Source of the DNA: Hormiphora californensis
Lineage: Eukaryota; Animalia; Ctenophora
Reading direction: 5' to 3'
Length of the DNA stretch: 64,000 bases
Assembly: GCA_020137815.1 (NCBI GenBank)
Contig: CM035353.1
Coordinates: forward strand, 186,001-250,000
Position 1 is the first letter of the stretch. Each line of letters begins with the position of its first letter. The notes under the pieces are model-generated. The model made no database searches and was not told the origin of the DNA. It was given only the letters and a program-made list of their open reading frames with translations. Below, piece by piece: positions 1 through 12,947 of the stretch. The translations under genes were made by a program, and so were the position numbers.

Positions 1-45
<45 letters not shown>

Positions 46-233
46 TGTGCAGTAGTCACTACTACACAGTGCACACACCCTAACCCTTATCTTTTCTTCC
101 CCTCTGCAACTATAGGTCACGTGATCGTCACGTGATGGCACCACCCCAATGAGCGTCCTGCATCTGCTTTCCCTCTCTGCCTTCGATTCTCTCTTTTCCT
201 ATCTCTCTTTCTCTCACACACACACATTCTCTT

Positions 234-284
<51 letters not shown>

Positions 285-691
285 TAATCTTTATCTCGTT
301 CACTCAGTTTGTAATGTTTGTAATGTTCACACTGTGTGTGTGTGTGACTAGAAAGTGTCTAATTTTTCACATACCACTGCAACGGTATTTTACTTTATAA
401 TTACTAGTGTTTTTGCAGTGGTCTAAGTTTTCACAGTACACTGTAACCACCGGAAACGGTGTACTGTGAAAACTTAGACAACCGGTTAAAATTGTCTAAT
501 ATGTTCTAACCCTCCTTTACATTTGTAAACACAGTCTAGCTAGGCAACCCATAATCTTGTCTTGTCATGATAATGTTTTGTGAAATGGAGTAGATCTAGA
601 TCGACTGGAATATATGACAATTACTGTCATATTTTGAGCATTATGCATTCATTTGCCGAGGTAGACTGCCATTCATTTGTTATATCTACAG

Positions 692-3600
692 TTGGAGGAA
701 GTAAAGAGAAAGTTGTACCAGTCTGAATTGAAGAAAGATACCTTGACTTCTGCTATTGATGAGATAAAGGCACAACATGATCTGGAACGGGACAAGTTAG
801 TTTTTTATATTTCAGTCTTGGTAACGAAGTTACTCCTCCCTTGCCAGCACGCCAGGGCCGGGTATTTCATAACTGTTTGTCGTTAGGCATTCCTAATTAT
901 TTGTATAGGTACAAAAAGGATTTAACTGACTTCCACGAGAGGGTTACCACCCAGAAGGAACAGCTAAAAAGGAGCTTTTCAGAATTTGAAACGCTGAACA
1001 AGAAATACCTTGAAACTAAAAAACAAAAGTAAGAAACACACACTTCATTTCAGATCACATCACCATGGAACTCATCACCAATCAACACATGATCACATCC
1101 ACCGAATAATGATGTTTTGTAATAACAGAGAGCTCGCGGAGGAGGAGTCAATCCGGTTGGGAGAGAGAGTTAACCAACTTAGACAGAGTACTACAACAGA
1201 AGCAGATCGATTGGGTAGGTTATAATGGGGGGGGGGGGGGGGGGGGGGCAAGGCCAAACCCGCCCTGAAATCCGGGTCTCAGCTGGCTTTTTTTGATCTG
1301 GCTTTTTGATCTGGCATTTTTTATCTGGCTTTTTCGAATGAGGTACCCCCCCCCCGGTCTGTATACTTGGATGTCTATTTTCCTTCAATCCTTCAATTCA
1401 ATTTAATCTGTTTCTATCTAGCACACTTGGAGCAGGAGGTGTCCAAGAAGGCGGATGAAGTTGTTACACTGAATGAGAAGAGTAGAGCATACGAGGCAAA
1501 GGTAAGGGGAATATAAACTTTATCAGATAAGACTTTCAAGTCTCTCTATCGAGCTATTGGTGGTATTTTCCTATATTTAGTCAGCCATGGTTACAGCTCT
1601 CTCTCTCACACATTACACCCCACATCTCACACACGTTACACCCCCCCCCCCCTCCCAGATACAGGAGCTGGAGGGTCAAGTTGCCCAATTACAAAGGGCG
1701 GTCCTGTCATTGGAACAGACCAAGACAACTCTCCAGTTGAAATACGCGGATGTATCCCAGAAGTATGAGAGGGAGAAGGACTACTTTGAAAATGTTAAGC
1801 AAAAACTCAAATCTCGTGCTAAGAGTTACAAGTAAGTTTGGTATCCAAGACACCTCACACTCAGGCCGCTTCGGCAAGGGAGGGGTAACTTCGTTACCAA
1901 CAAGTAAGTGGGCCGTTATTATTTGACGGCCGTTCTCCCCGGAAGTGCCAGCTGCGATACTGCTACTGCAGTTTTAACTTGTTGAGTATTTCTACTTGTT
2001 ACTCAACAAGTTTTAACAATTCACAATCACAATCACACATAAGAGCTGTGATTCAAATAACCAATAATGTGATACTTGCAGGATGCACTACTAATCGTGT
2101 GATACTTGCAGGATGCACTACTAATCGTGTGATACTTGCAGGATGCACTACTAATCGTGTGATACTTGCAGGATGCACTACTAATCGTGTGATACTTGCA
2201 GGATGCACTACTAATCGTGTGATACTTGCAGGATGCACTACTAATCGTGTGATACTTGCAGGATGCACTACTAATCGTGTGATACTTGCAGGATGCACTA
2301 CTAATAGTGTGATACTTGCAGGATGCACTACTAATCGTGTGATACTTGCAGGATGCACTACTAATCGTGTGATACTTGCAGGATGCACTACTAATCGTGT
2401 GATACTTGCAGGATGCACTACTAATCGTGTGATACTTGCAGGATGCACTACTAATAGTGTGATACTTGCAGGATGCACTACTAATCGTGTGATACTTGCA
2501 GGATGCACTACTAATCGTGTGATACTTGCAGGATGCACTACTAATCGTGTGATACTTGCAGGATGCACTACTAATCGTGTGATACTTGCAGGATGCACTA
2601 CGAGAAAGAGAACACAGCTCTAACTAACAAGTCTGCATTGCTGGAGGAGGAGGCCGCCCTGCTAAAGATGACTGTGTCTAAAGAGGAGAGTTGGAGAATG
2701 ACAACAGATCGGGCGATATCAGAGTGGCGTACCAAATCTGGGGATCTGGAGACAACGTGAGACGATTATAGCTGTCAGAAATATAATGTGACACACTGAC
2801 AGATCTACCGAACAGAATGAAACTGAATGGACTGGATCAGAGACAAGAAACAATCATCAAATTAATTTCATGTGTTCTCAGTAATGCTGCGTTGAAGGAT
2901 GAGCTACGTCTTGTGAAGAGTGAACTACACGCTACACGGTGTAAACTGTCCGGTCGACAGGAAGAGGTAACCCCCCCCCCCGGCCCCCCGGAGGGAGGGT
3001 TTAATATTCGATTAAGATTCAAATTGATTCCTTATGGCATTATTCATCCAATTCTAATTCAATAATCAATTAATTAATTACTGCAGATAGCAGCGTTATC
3101 TGCTGAGGTACACCACGTGTCTCGTGCACAACACCACTACGAGAGAATGTATAGGACTCTGGAGGCGAAGAGCAGAGCCGACACAGCCATGACACAGGTA
3201 TACCATACCTGCAGTTTGATCAAACCCGGGGCGCGAGCAAGGCAAAATGGTGACGTCGTTTGGGGTGTGCTTTGGTGTTCGAAAATGTTTGTAACACCCC
3301 CCCCCCTTTTTTTTAGAACATCACCCACCCCATGGTGTTTGGACCTGGTGCCATTACCAGCACACCCCTCGTTCCTCAACACCGCCATACACCACCCCCT
3401 GCATCGTCCTCTCCTGATCCAGCTGTTAGAGTGGTATCCAGAACACCGTCTCCTAGCAACAGGACACCTTCTCCTAGCAACAAATCTCCTAGCAACAAAT
3501 CTCCCAGTCCCAAGGTACACAGTACATACCTGGCATGGTACTGTCTTTCATGGTACTGTACTTACAAAATGTACCCCACAAACGTGTGAAATGAAATCTT

Positions 3601-4417
3601 ATAATAGGGGGTAAAGTTATATGCCACTCGAGACACTACTCCACCCTTTTCACAGGGACTACCACAACAACCGACCGTTCAACCCGACAGTAAAGTAGAG
3701 GGTGAAGATGTGGTGGTGGCTGGTTCACCCCGGTCCCAACTAACTCTTGAGGAAGAAGGACTGAATCTTGATGATCCTGACAAACCAGGTTAGTTGGATC
3801 CAGAGAGGTAATATTTAGATGACTTTTGATTTAGACCGTTCTTTGACGGTTGATATTCATGTCATTTCACTTCTCACACAGCGGCTATTTCCTTCACTCA
3901 ACGTCCCACACACCGCTCCATACGTTCACCACGTTCATCACCTGGCCCGGCTCCATTTGCTCTCGCCCTCCGGCCCCTGATGGAGAGCGAGTTTGAGGTT
4001 AAATTGGAATCACTCCGATATTCTCCACTTCTCTCACCCACCACCAACTCTGTTCCTACACAGTGGTCCTTCTCAGCCCTCTCACCCAGAGGACCTATGA
4101 CGTCATCCTCACAACGATCATCTTCACCCGCCTCCTTCTCCTCCACACAACAAACACCCTTTTTGTCTTTTGATTCAAGGTATTACATACACGTACCATA
4201 AATTCCATCATCACAACTTTTCGACCCTTTTTTAGCACCTTTGATTGAATTGTGAATACGTCCCATACTTGGTGGACAATACAGCATTTAATTACATTTA
4301 ATTACAGATGATGATCAAGGGGGAACTAGAGAAGGTATCGAGGAGGTGCCCGTTGATGTACCCGACCAACCTCCCTCCTCTGTTCTAGGAGGAGAACAAG
4401 ACCCATCAAACAGATGA
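692..4417 (+). CDS. Multi-exon coiled-coil protein with Ser/Pro-rich C-terminus; 5' end not identified
   Basis: Phase-consistent GT-AG exons 692-795, 909-1028, 1129-1214, 1422-1501, 1659-1831, 2592-2756, 2882-2966, 3087-3197, 3317-3514, 3656-3788, (3882-4179), 4308-4417. Translation is heptad-like and E/K/L/Q-rich (LEEVKRKLYQSELKK, IQELEGQVAQLQRAVLSLEQ). Family not recognised. Confidence 0.75.
2068..2601 (+). repeat. 30-bp tandem array, 18 copies (CTAATCGTGTGATACTTGCAGGATGCACTA), each containing a 3' splice site
   Basis: Near-perfect repeats; the last copy's AG (2590-2591) is the acceptor of exon 2592-2756. Confidence 0.95.
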
Positions 4418-5473
4418 GAGAGCGAGATATTGATACCTGCATAAACAGATGAGAGAGCGAGATATTTCTATAAATTGATAGATAGATGACTTTGATAAAC
4501 ATTCCATGACTGATTGGAAAGGTCGGACTATGATCATTACTTGGTTTTACAAACCTTGCTGCTCCTATACAGCATCATACAAATGATGGCTTAGTGTGAA
4601 CATGTGTGTGTGAACATGTGTGTGTTGAGAAAACAGTTGTAAAACTAAAGAGACAGTAGACAAGAATATACCGGTAACTTAGTTTGGCATTTGTTACGTA
4701 CCCGTATAATAGTACCTATTTGTTTCCACGGTACATCGGTCTTTAAAACCGATACCAAACTGATATAAGAACCTTTTAATTTGACAACTGGGACATGCAG
4801 ATGGCTGTAGTCTACGGCCATCACGTCTACAGCCATCACGTCCGGTTCCTAGCTGTAGAGTACCCCAATTTGACAACTGGGACATTCAGCTTGAAGGGCT
4901 GCCGGTATCCGATCCTACATGCTCTTCTACTGCTGCAGTCCAATGACTGTCCTATATATCAGCAGAATAACACGGCCCCTGTCCCATATCATATATAATA
5001 TCTCCGATTAAATTCAGCTCTGGGATACTTCAATGTAGAGTAAAAGCTGTGCTTTATGTACCACGTACATTCCTAATGTAAAAGTCTCCTGCAATTGTTA
5101 GGTGGCTCAACTGCGTCTACCACTAATATACATTGCAATGCTGGGTCTGCTTTCTCTCAATTTGTTCTTATTTGTAAGTTTCACACAGCTGCTTTCAGGC
5201 CTGTAATGGGTGTATTTTGTGGAACAATTTCGACGGATATAGCACAGTACTGTGCCATTTTTCAATCCAGCGCTCTCGCTCTAATTCTAATTTGTCACGG
5301 TTGACCGTTCTCAATTTCATAACCGGAACCGTTTATTGAAAAACAGTTTTCTCAACACCACTTACAAGCACCCTTGTTTGGTAGTACCCCGGGCTGTGAA
5401 CCAATGACCCCCTCCCTATCCCCCCCATGACTCACCCACATATAAATCCATCTCGTTCCGATCTAGACTAGAC

Positions 5474-8233
5474 ATGAAGGTTCTACTATTAGTTGGGATA
5501 GCGGTTGTCCTCTCCAGTCTTGTTCTTGGAGCTCCCGTAGCCAAGTCTGAGGTGCCAGCTGCTGAATATGAGGCTGAATATGAGGATGCTGAGGTGTCTG
5601 TAGCTGAGGGGGAGGTGCCTATTGAGGTGCCTGTAGAGGTCCCTGCGGTACCTGCCGCTGCTAAAGAAGCTGCAAAGACTACTGATTCAGAAAAGGAGGT
5701 ATACATATTGTTCTAACCCGACTATCGAGGCCCGAGTTGAGCTCCACAATGTCAAGCGATTGGGTAGTAGTAGACCACCTCTGCTGTAGTACATCAGATC
5801 AGGTGGTCTACTTATAGAACACAAATATATCGCTTGACATTGTGGAGCAGCTGTATAGAGCCCTGGACTGTGCACTGTCATGTCTGAGGTTACAGACCAG
5901 TGGTCTGTAATCTCAGACAGATAGACCACAGTCCAGAGCTCAGCAGCTGAGTCAGCCCCGGTCGAGAAGGGTAAACTGTAATCTACTGTAATGTCGATTG
6001 AAGCCCAGTTAATCATGTTCTATTTCGTGTAGGTTGAGGAGTTGAAAAAAGAGATAGAAGCACTAGAAAAGACGAGGACCAGTACTGCAACTAAAGTGGG
6101 CTGCTACAGTGCCGTTGTTAGCAATATCCTCACTTTTGCTTTTATCCTCATCATCGCTGCCATCTGGTAGGTGCACACAATGAACCAATTAATTGATTAA
6201 TTAATCAGTATCAATTAATCAGTATCATATGTAGTACTTTAGCAATCCTACTCCAACACGACTCTGAATGACTGCAGGTTGTTCTAATTAGTACTAATTA
6301 AGGGTACACCTGGCGTTTTTCATCATCGAGTGCCCAACCAAATGACTTCACCAGGGTTTAGGCCATACAAAATGGACCTCAAATATGCAATTTTAGCCCT
6401 AAAGTCGAATTCATATTTTTGCTACAGCCTATTTTCAAAGTGGCGTTTTTTCAATTTTTGTTGAAATTTTTAACCTCAGGACCACTTTTTTTGAGATAGA
6501 AACATTAAATTCTTGGAATTTGAAGAGAATATAAAGGTGAATAAGCCCAAAGAAGGATTTTTGAAATGGAGCTTATTTCTGGCCATGAGAACGGTTTACT
6601 TTTTTGCTTCTTTGACACGCTGGCTGAGAATGTTCCCATGCTTCATTAGAGATGAAAATCTGGAAATAGTTGCTCAAAACGATTATCTATGTGGCCCAAA
6701 AATTTTGGAACTTTCCCGCCAAAGATGTGGTGTACAGAGCTTTTTTTGTGAAACCCGTCTTTTTGAAAAAGAGGGAAATTCCCTGTATCTCAAAAACGGA
6801 TGATCGTAGAGACCTGGGACCAAACTTAATCGATTCAGAAGGTCCGATTTTGGGGGGGTCTTCTGAGAGACATTTTGCTCCTACTCCAACCGGTTTTGCT
6901 GTAATTGCAAAAAACCAATTCTATGAAAAGGGGAAACAACTCTATTCCAGTAGCCTGCTTCGGGCTGATTTCCCCCTTACTTGCTGATACCTTTTTCGCA
7001 ATTACAGCAAAAACGGTTGGAGTAGGAGCAAAATGTCTCTCAGAAGACCCCCCCCAAATCGGACCTTCTGAATCGATTAAGCTTGGTCCCAGGTCTCTAC
7101 GATCATCCGTTTTTGAGATACAGGGAATTTCCCTCTTTTTCAAAAAGACGGGTTTCACAAAAAAAGCTCTGTACACCACATCTTTGGCGGGAAAGTTCCA
7201 AAATTTTTGGGCCACATAGATAATCGTTTTGAGCAACTATTTCCAGATTTTCATCTCTAATGAAGCATGGGAACATTCTCAGCCAGCGTTTCAAAGAAGC
7301 AAAAAAGTAAACCGTTCTCATGGCCAGAAATAAGCTCCATTTCAAAAATCCTTCTTTGGGCTTATTCACCTTTATATTCTCTTCAAATTCCAAGAATTTA
7401 ATGTTTCTATCTCAAAAAAAGTGGTCTTGAGGTTAAAAATTTCAACAAAAATTGAAAAAACGCCACTTTGAAAATAGGCTGTAGCAAAAATATGAATTCG
7501 ACTTTAGGGCTAAAATTGCATATTTGAGGTCCATTTTGTATGGCCTAAACCCTGGTGAAGTCATTTGGTTGGGCACTCGATGATGAAAAACGCCAGGTGT
7601 ACCCTTAATACTAATTAGTACTAATTAATGAATTACTAATTAATACCTCCATCAGGTACTTTGCATGCTGTCGTCATGGTCGGTGTTGTTGTTTGTGTTG
7701 TTACAACGCGCAAGGGAGGTGCTGCTGTGCTTGTGCCTCATGCGATGGATACCTCAGGAAGGAGGATGAGGAAATGGTGATCGGTAAGTAATACTGGTCC
7801 CTGATTGGCTGATAACCAGTCACGTGACCTAAATAATGTATTCTGATTGGTTGTTTACTTGTGTCGGTCGGTTCCTGGTAAGTATCAGGAACCGACCGAA
7901 TCAGGAAACACGTTGGTCCCAGCATAGGGATAATATGCACTTGTTGAGTAACATCAACACCACCCATCCATGATTTTATGAAAGCATCATTTTTGGATGG
8001 AATCATTTTTGAATCATTCATAATTCCCGCACACAAATGACATAAGCTTGTCAGTAATTGCTTCCAGTTTCTAGTTCTATGTCCTTCGGCTCTTCGTGTA
8101 CAAATGCTGACATAACATTCGATAATTGTACAATCTGAACTGTCTATAATGATACATTAGAGACTGACCCACTGACCTTTCAGAGAGAGGTGAAAAAGAC
8201 GCTGACTATAACTCTATCGAGAAAGAGCAATAG
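5474..8233 (+). CDS. Small type I membrane protein: signal peptide, acidic Ala/Glu-rich ectodomain, TM helix, Cys-rich cytoplasmic tail
   Basis: Exons 5474-5698, 6033-6166, 7656-7783, 8184-8233 join in frame: MKVLLLVGIAVVLSSLVLG...NILTFAFILIIAAIWYFACCRHGRCCCLCC...DADYNSIEKEQ*. Confidence 0.75.
6302..7604. mobile_element. Non-autonomous foldback DNA transposon, ~610-bp arms, TTAA-flanked (Kolobok-like GG..CC ends), copy 1
   Basis: TTAA-GGGTACACCTGG...CCAGGTGTACCC-TTAA. Absent at the equivalent site of the duplicated block (~12345). Second copy at 23229-24532. Confidence 0.85.
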
Positions 8234-8469
8234 AGAAGCACGTGACATGACAGTGACCGAAAGAAACCCACAATATAATTCTTCTAATATACCCGTGACC
8301 AGAATTTGACAAAAAATGAAACAACTCCGATTAATGATCTGTTATGTAATTAAAACATCATCTATATAACACACACGGGGTAGGACTTTAATTGGTAGAC
8401 ACACAAACACACACACACAAACACAAATGTACAAACAGATTATTCGACAATACATTGTCTCACTATACA

Positions 8470-9256
8470 CTATAATTGATCCCTGAAGAAGACAAGGTAG
8501 GAGATAGCTAGCACCAGCAGACCGGGTAGGGCAGAGAGGGAGGAGGCCGAGGAGACAGCTTTGAAGCAGGTGTCAGTAGCACACCCCGAGGTGGAACACG
8601 TGTCAATGTTTACCTGGAGAGAAACACGTGATCGTTAGGGGTTATAGTACATAGTACATAGTATGTACAGGGTGTTTAATGAACACTGTTCAATGAACAC
8701 TATTCATGTGGGATCTTTTTTGGGACCCGGCCAGGACAATTACTAATTTTAGGCACATCAGACCATGTGTCCTAGGCGCCCCTGCCCCCTAGCTAGAGAA
8801 AATGAAAATTATTTTCGAGCTTATCTCACAATTAGAACTGCATGTTTCCCAATATACTCACGTTTTGCAATGATGCGAGAATGCTGTATGTCCCACAGAG
8901 GTCGTCTCGGCCTTCAGAGGTTCCACACTGGTAGAGCTTTCCATTGTACGTTACCTCGCCTCCCAATTTAGATCTGAGAGAAGAGACATGTGAGTGTGGT
9001 TATCATTGTTATACATGTGGTAATACACATGTTTTACATGTGGTTATCATTCCTTTCCAACCTCGTATAACTCGTTACTTGCTTACCCTACAATACTCCA
9101 GTAACACTTAAAACACTCCTGCAAGCTTGCTCTATAATGTGTGATGGTTCATAATTCATATTTTAACTTACGTTAGCTCTACAAGGTGGCACTCATCTTG
9201 AACGTCTGTACAGACCTCCTTTAGTTCCTGGCTAGTGTCATTACAGCTTGGTACAC
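8470..9256 (-). other. Second copy of exons 2-4 of the Ly6/uPAR-like gene, lacking its own exon 1
   Basis: Exons 9256-9172, 8973-8862, 8613-8470 have the same lengths and splice sites as 13898-13204. Differences are nearly all synonymous. Confidence 0.75.
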
Positions 9257-9282
9257 CTAGTAGATATAATACAGTCAGCATA

Positions 9283-10811
9283 CACTAGACCAAAAATCAA
9301 AAGAAATTTGTTTGGAAAACCCGTGGCCTTTTGTCGATATTTGACGCTGCGGGAAATGCACCCATAATCTGAGCTACTAGGTATTGTTGTGCCCACGGCG
9401 TGCCTGGTGAAATTTTAACACGACCTAGCATGCAACGGGAAACCACCACTTGTACGTGGTAGCTGAGGGTCTACAGAATGGCGCTACGGTGCGGGAAAAA
9501 AAAGTCCATGCCCTAAAATCGTTTTTTTTACTTTTATTTGATTTGGGTCAAAATTGGCTATATTGAACGTGGTCCCGAAAAATCCATAACACGGCGTCAT
9601 ACACATTTTTATTTGGAATTTCTATCTGGGATTTCTATTTGGAATTTCTATCTGGAAGAACCGCACGTGCAGATGCGCCGCGCCGCGGCTCAAATTCACG
9701 TGCGAGATTAAAGAGAGAGACGCATATTAACGTTGTACGTTTGTCTCTCACTCTCTCTTGAAAACCCGCACGTGCAGATGCGCCGCGCCGCGGCTCAAAT
9801 TCACGTGCGTGTTATACAGATTCTGACAGAAAATACGAGCACAAAATTCCACATAAAAATGTGTATGACGGACTGTAATGACTTAGCACACGAAATATGT
9901 CACCCCCACCTATTTTTGCACGTAGAATCGATTGCCGTTGAAGTCGAATCTCTAAAATGACTGTAAAAAGGTCAAAAGTTGATTTTTTACCATTTTTTGG
10001 AGGTTTTTGGCCCCTAAACCATTGAAAACGTTGAGATAGGGATTTGAAACTAGTGCCAATCGTTAAAATGGTCATTTTTCTACCAAGAACCAAGTTTTCG
10101 TGTATATCCGATTTATGGTTAGATTTGGGCAAATTGTTGAAATCTGCCAACTAGGAGAACCGTAACTTGATTTTCTTGTTTTTTGGATTTTGGCATTTTT
10201 GACAAACTTCTGATTGAAATGGTCAATCGGGACCATGCTTAAGTTGTTTATGGGACAATTTTCGACTAAAATCCAAGATTTCATACCAATCCAATAACAG
10301 ATCGTTGATTTATAGAAAATTTAAGTAGGCAAAACGGTGAAAATAAGCAAGAAAAGTTGTCATTTTGACCGTTTTGCCTACTTAAATTTTCTATAAATCA
10401 ACGATCTGTTATTGGATTGGTATGAAATCTTGGATTTTAGTCGAAAATTGTCCCATAAACAACTTAAGCATGGTCCCGATTGACCATTTCAATCAGAAGT
10501 TTGTCAAAAATGCCAAAATCCAAAAAACAAGAAAATCAAGTTACGGTTCTCCTAGTTGGCAGATTTCAACAATTTGCCCAAATCTAACCATAAATCGGAT
10601 ATACACGAAAACTTGGTTCTTGGTAGAAAAATGACCATTTTAACGATTGGCACTAGTTTCAAATCCCTATCTCAAACCCAAGGGACCCCAAAAACCCCCA
10701 AAAAGGTTTAAAAAAAACAATTTTACCTTTTTGCCCCCTTTTAAATTTGATTCACGGAATGTTCTGGAAAAAATGGGGGGGGGATATTTTTTTCTAAAGT
10801 TTATGGTTTTC
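9283..10811. mobile_element. Palindromic insertion at the junction of the two duplicated blocks; right arm degenerates
   Basis: Inverted arms ~10030-10345 and ~10360-10676, centre ~10352. 44-bp direct repeat at ~9661 and ~9767. Absent from block B at ~13925. Confidence 0.6.
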
Positions 10812-11190
10812 AGGCTCGAGTTGAGCTCCACAATGTCAAGCGATTGGGTAGTAGTAGACCACCTCTGCTGTAGTACATCAGAATCTGATTCAGATCAGGT
10901 GGTCTACTTATAGAACACAAATATATCGCTTGACATTGTAGAGCAGCTAGCTGTAGAGCTGATCTGGACTGTTCTAACTCTGGACTGTGGTCAATCTATT
11001 CAAAGGTTACAGACCACTGGTCTTTAACCTTAGAATCTAAGGTTAAAGACCAGTGGTCTGTAACCTTTGAACAGATTGACCACAGTCCAGAGCTCAGCGG
11101 CTGAGTCAGCCCCGGTCGAGAAGCAAGCTGGTAAACTGTAATCTGCTGTAATGTCGATTGAAACCCAGCTAACCCTTCTATTTCGTGTAG

Positions 11191-12947
11191 GTTGAGGAAT
11201 TGAAAAAAGAGATAGAAGCACTAGAGAAGACGAGGACGAGTACTGCAACTAAAGTTGGCTGCTACAGTGCCGTTGTTAGCAACATCCTCACTTTTGCTTT
11301 TATCCTCATCATCGCTGCCATCTGGTAGGTGCACACAATGAACCAATTAATTAATCTGTATCATGTATATATTTTAGGGTGTGTCAGGAGCCCCTCAAAA
11401 TTTAAAAATGGCCTACCTTTTTAATTTTAAAATTTTAACACGCGCATTATGCGCCTTAACGCCGCGCACTTTGCGCCGATTTTAAGTTTCTTGAGCTCTT
11501 CAGAACGGGCTCGATGCCCTCTTTCCAAAAAGCACAAAATGAAGCAATTTTGCCAAGAAATGGGAGAGTTATGACCAAAAACGTCAAATTTTAATTTTAA
11601 TTTTAACTTTGGTGTGTGGTGACCCTAAAAAGCAACTCTGCAAATTTTTTTTGAAATCGAACTTAATAAAGCTTAGCAGCAACATGACTTAATTTTTAAG
11701 GCTTATTTAATGCGCGTGTGCCAGGCACATCCAATTACAGTGACTTCCGGGACCCTTTGATGGTCGAAAACACTACTAGCCGATCCGGAATGACCATGTT
11801 TATATAGGACTTATGAAGCAACATATAGCCTAAAATGCTTATTTTTGGCGCTACGGGCGATTTTCTGTTTTGGGCAAAATATGACTGTTTTGAATGGATA
11901 TTGTGCCCAAACATAAAATCACCCGTAGCGCCAAAAATAAGCATTTTAGGCTATATATTGCTTCATAAGTCCTATATAAACATGGCCATTCCGGATCGGC
12001 TAGTAGTGTTTTCGACCATCAAAGGGTCCCGGAAGTCACTGTAATTGGATGTGCCTGGCACACGCGCATATTTTGGGTGACAAGTCCCATGTTCACAGTA
12101 AACAGTTGTAGTACATGTTAAAATAAGCCTTAAAAATTAAGTCATGTTGCTGCTAAGCTTAATTAAGTTCGATTTCAAAAATTTTTTACAGAGTTGCTTT
12201 TTAGGCCATTTGTCACCACCAGAAAAAAGGTAGTGATTCTAACCCAAAATTTTGAAAATCGAGGGGCTCCTGACACACCCTAATATATTTTAGCAATCCT
12301 ACTCCAACACGAATCTGCATGACTGCAGGTTGTTCTAATTAGTACTAATTATTACTAATTAGTACTAATTAATTAATTACTAATTAATACCCCCATCATC
12401 AGGTACTTTGCATGCTGTCGTCATGGTCGGTGTTGTTGTTTGTGTTGTTACAACGCGCAAGGGAGGTGCTGCTGTGCGTGTGCCTCATGCGATGGATACC
12501 TCAGGAAGGAAGACGAGGAAATGGTGATCGGTAAGTAATACTGGTCCCTGATTGGCTGATAACCAGTCATGTGACCTAAATAATGTATTCTGATTGGTTG
12601 TTTACTTGTGTCGGTCGGTTCCTGGTAGTTGTAAGTACCAGGAACCGACCGACACAGCGTAGGGATAATATGCACTTGTTGAGTAACATCAACAACACCC
12701 ATCCATGATTTTATGGATGGAATCATTTTTGGATGGAATCATTTTTGGATCATTCATTTCCCGCACACAAATGACATAAGCTTGTCAGTAATTGCGTTCA
12801 GTTTCTAGTTCTATGTCCTTCGGCTGACATAACATTCGATAATTGTACAATCTGAACTGTCTATGATACATTAGAGACTGACCCACTGACCTTTCAGAGA
12901 GAGGTGAAAAAGACGCTGACTATAACTCTATCGAGAAAGAGCAATAA
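11191..12947 (+). other. Second copy of exons 2-4 of the small membrane protein gene, lacking its own exon 1
   Basis: Exons 11191-11324, 12403-12530, 12898-12947. All differences I found versus 6033-8233 are synonymous (stop TAG vs TAA). Confidence 0.75.
11375..12282. mobile_element. hAT-type non-autonomous element with long internal inverted repeats
   Basis: TIR TAGGGTGTGTCAGGAGCCCCTC / GAGGGGCTCCTGACACACCCTA, 8-bp TSD ATATATTT. Absent from block A. Confidence 0.85.

Noticed and set aside
1979-2623. 214-aa and 181-aa repeat ORFs, or a CRISPR-like array
   Set aside because: Head-to-tail 30-bp units with no unique spacers, in an intron of a eukaryotic gene. The ORFs arise from the repeat period.
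6513-7393. Mirror-image ORFs (MEFEENIK..., MLKTIIYV...) as transposase
   Set aside because: They are by-products of the inverted arms, with non-ATG starts and no DDE-like motifs.
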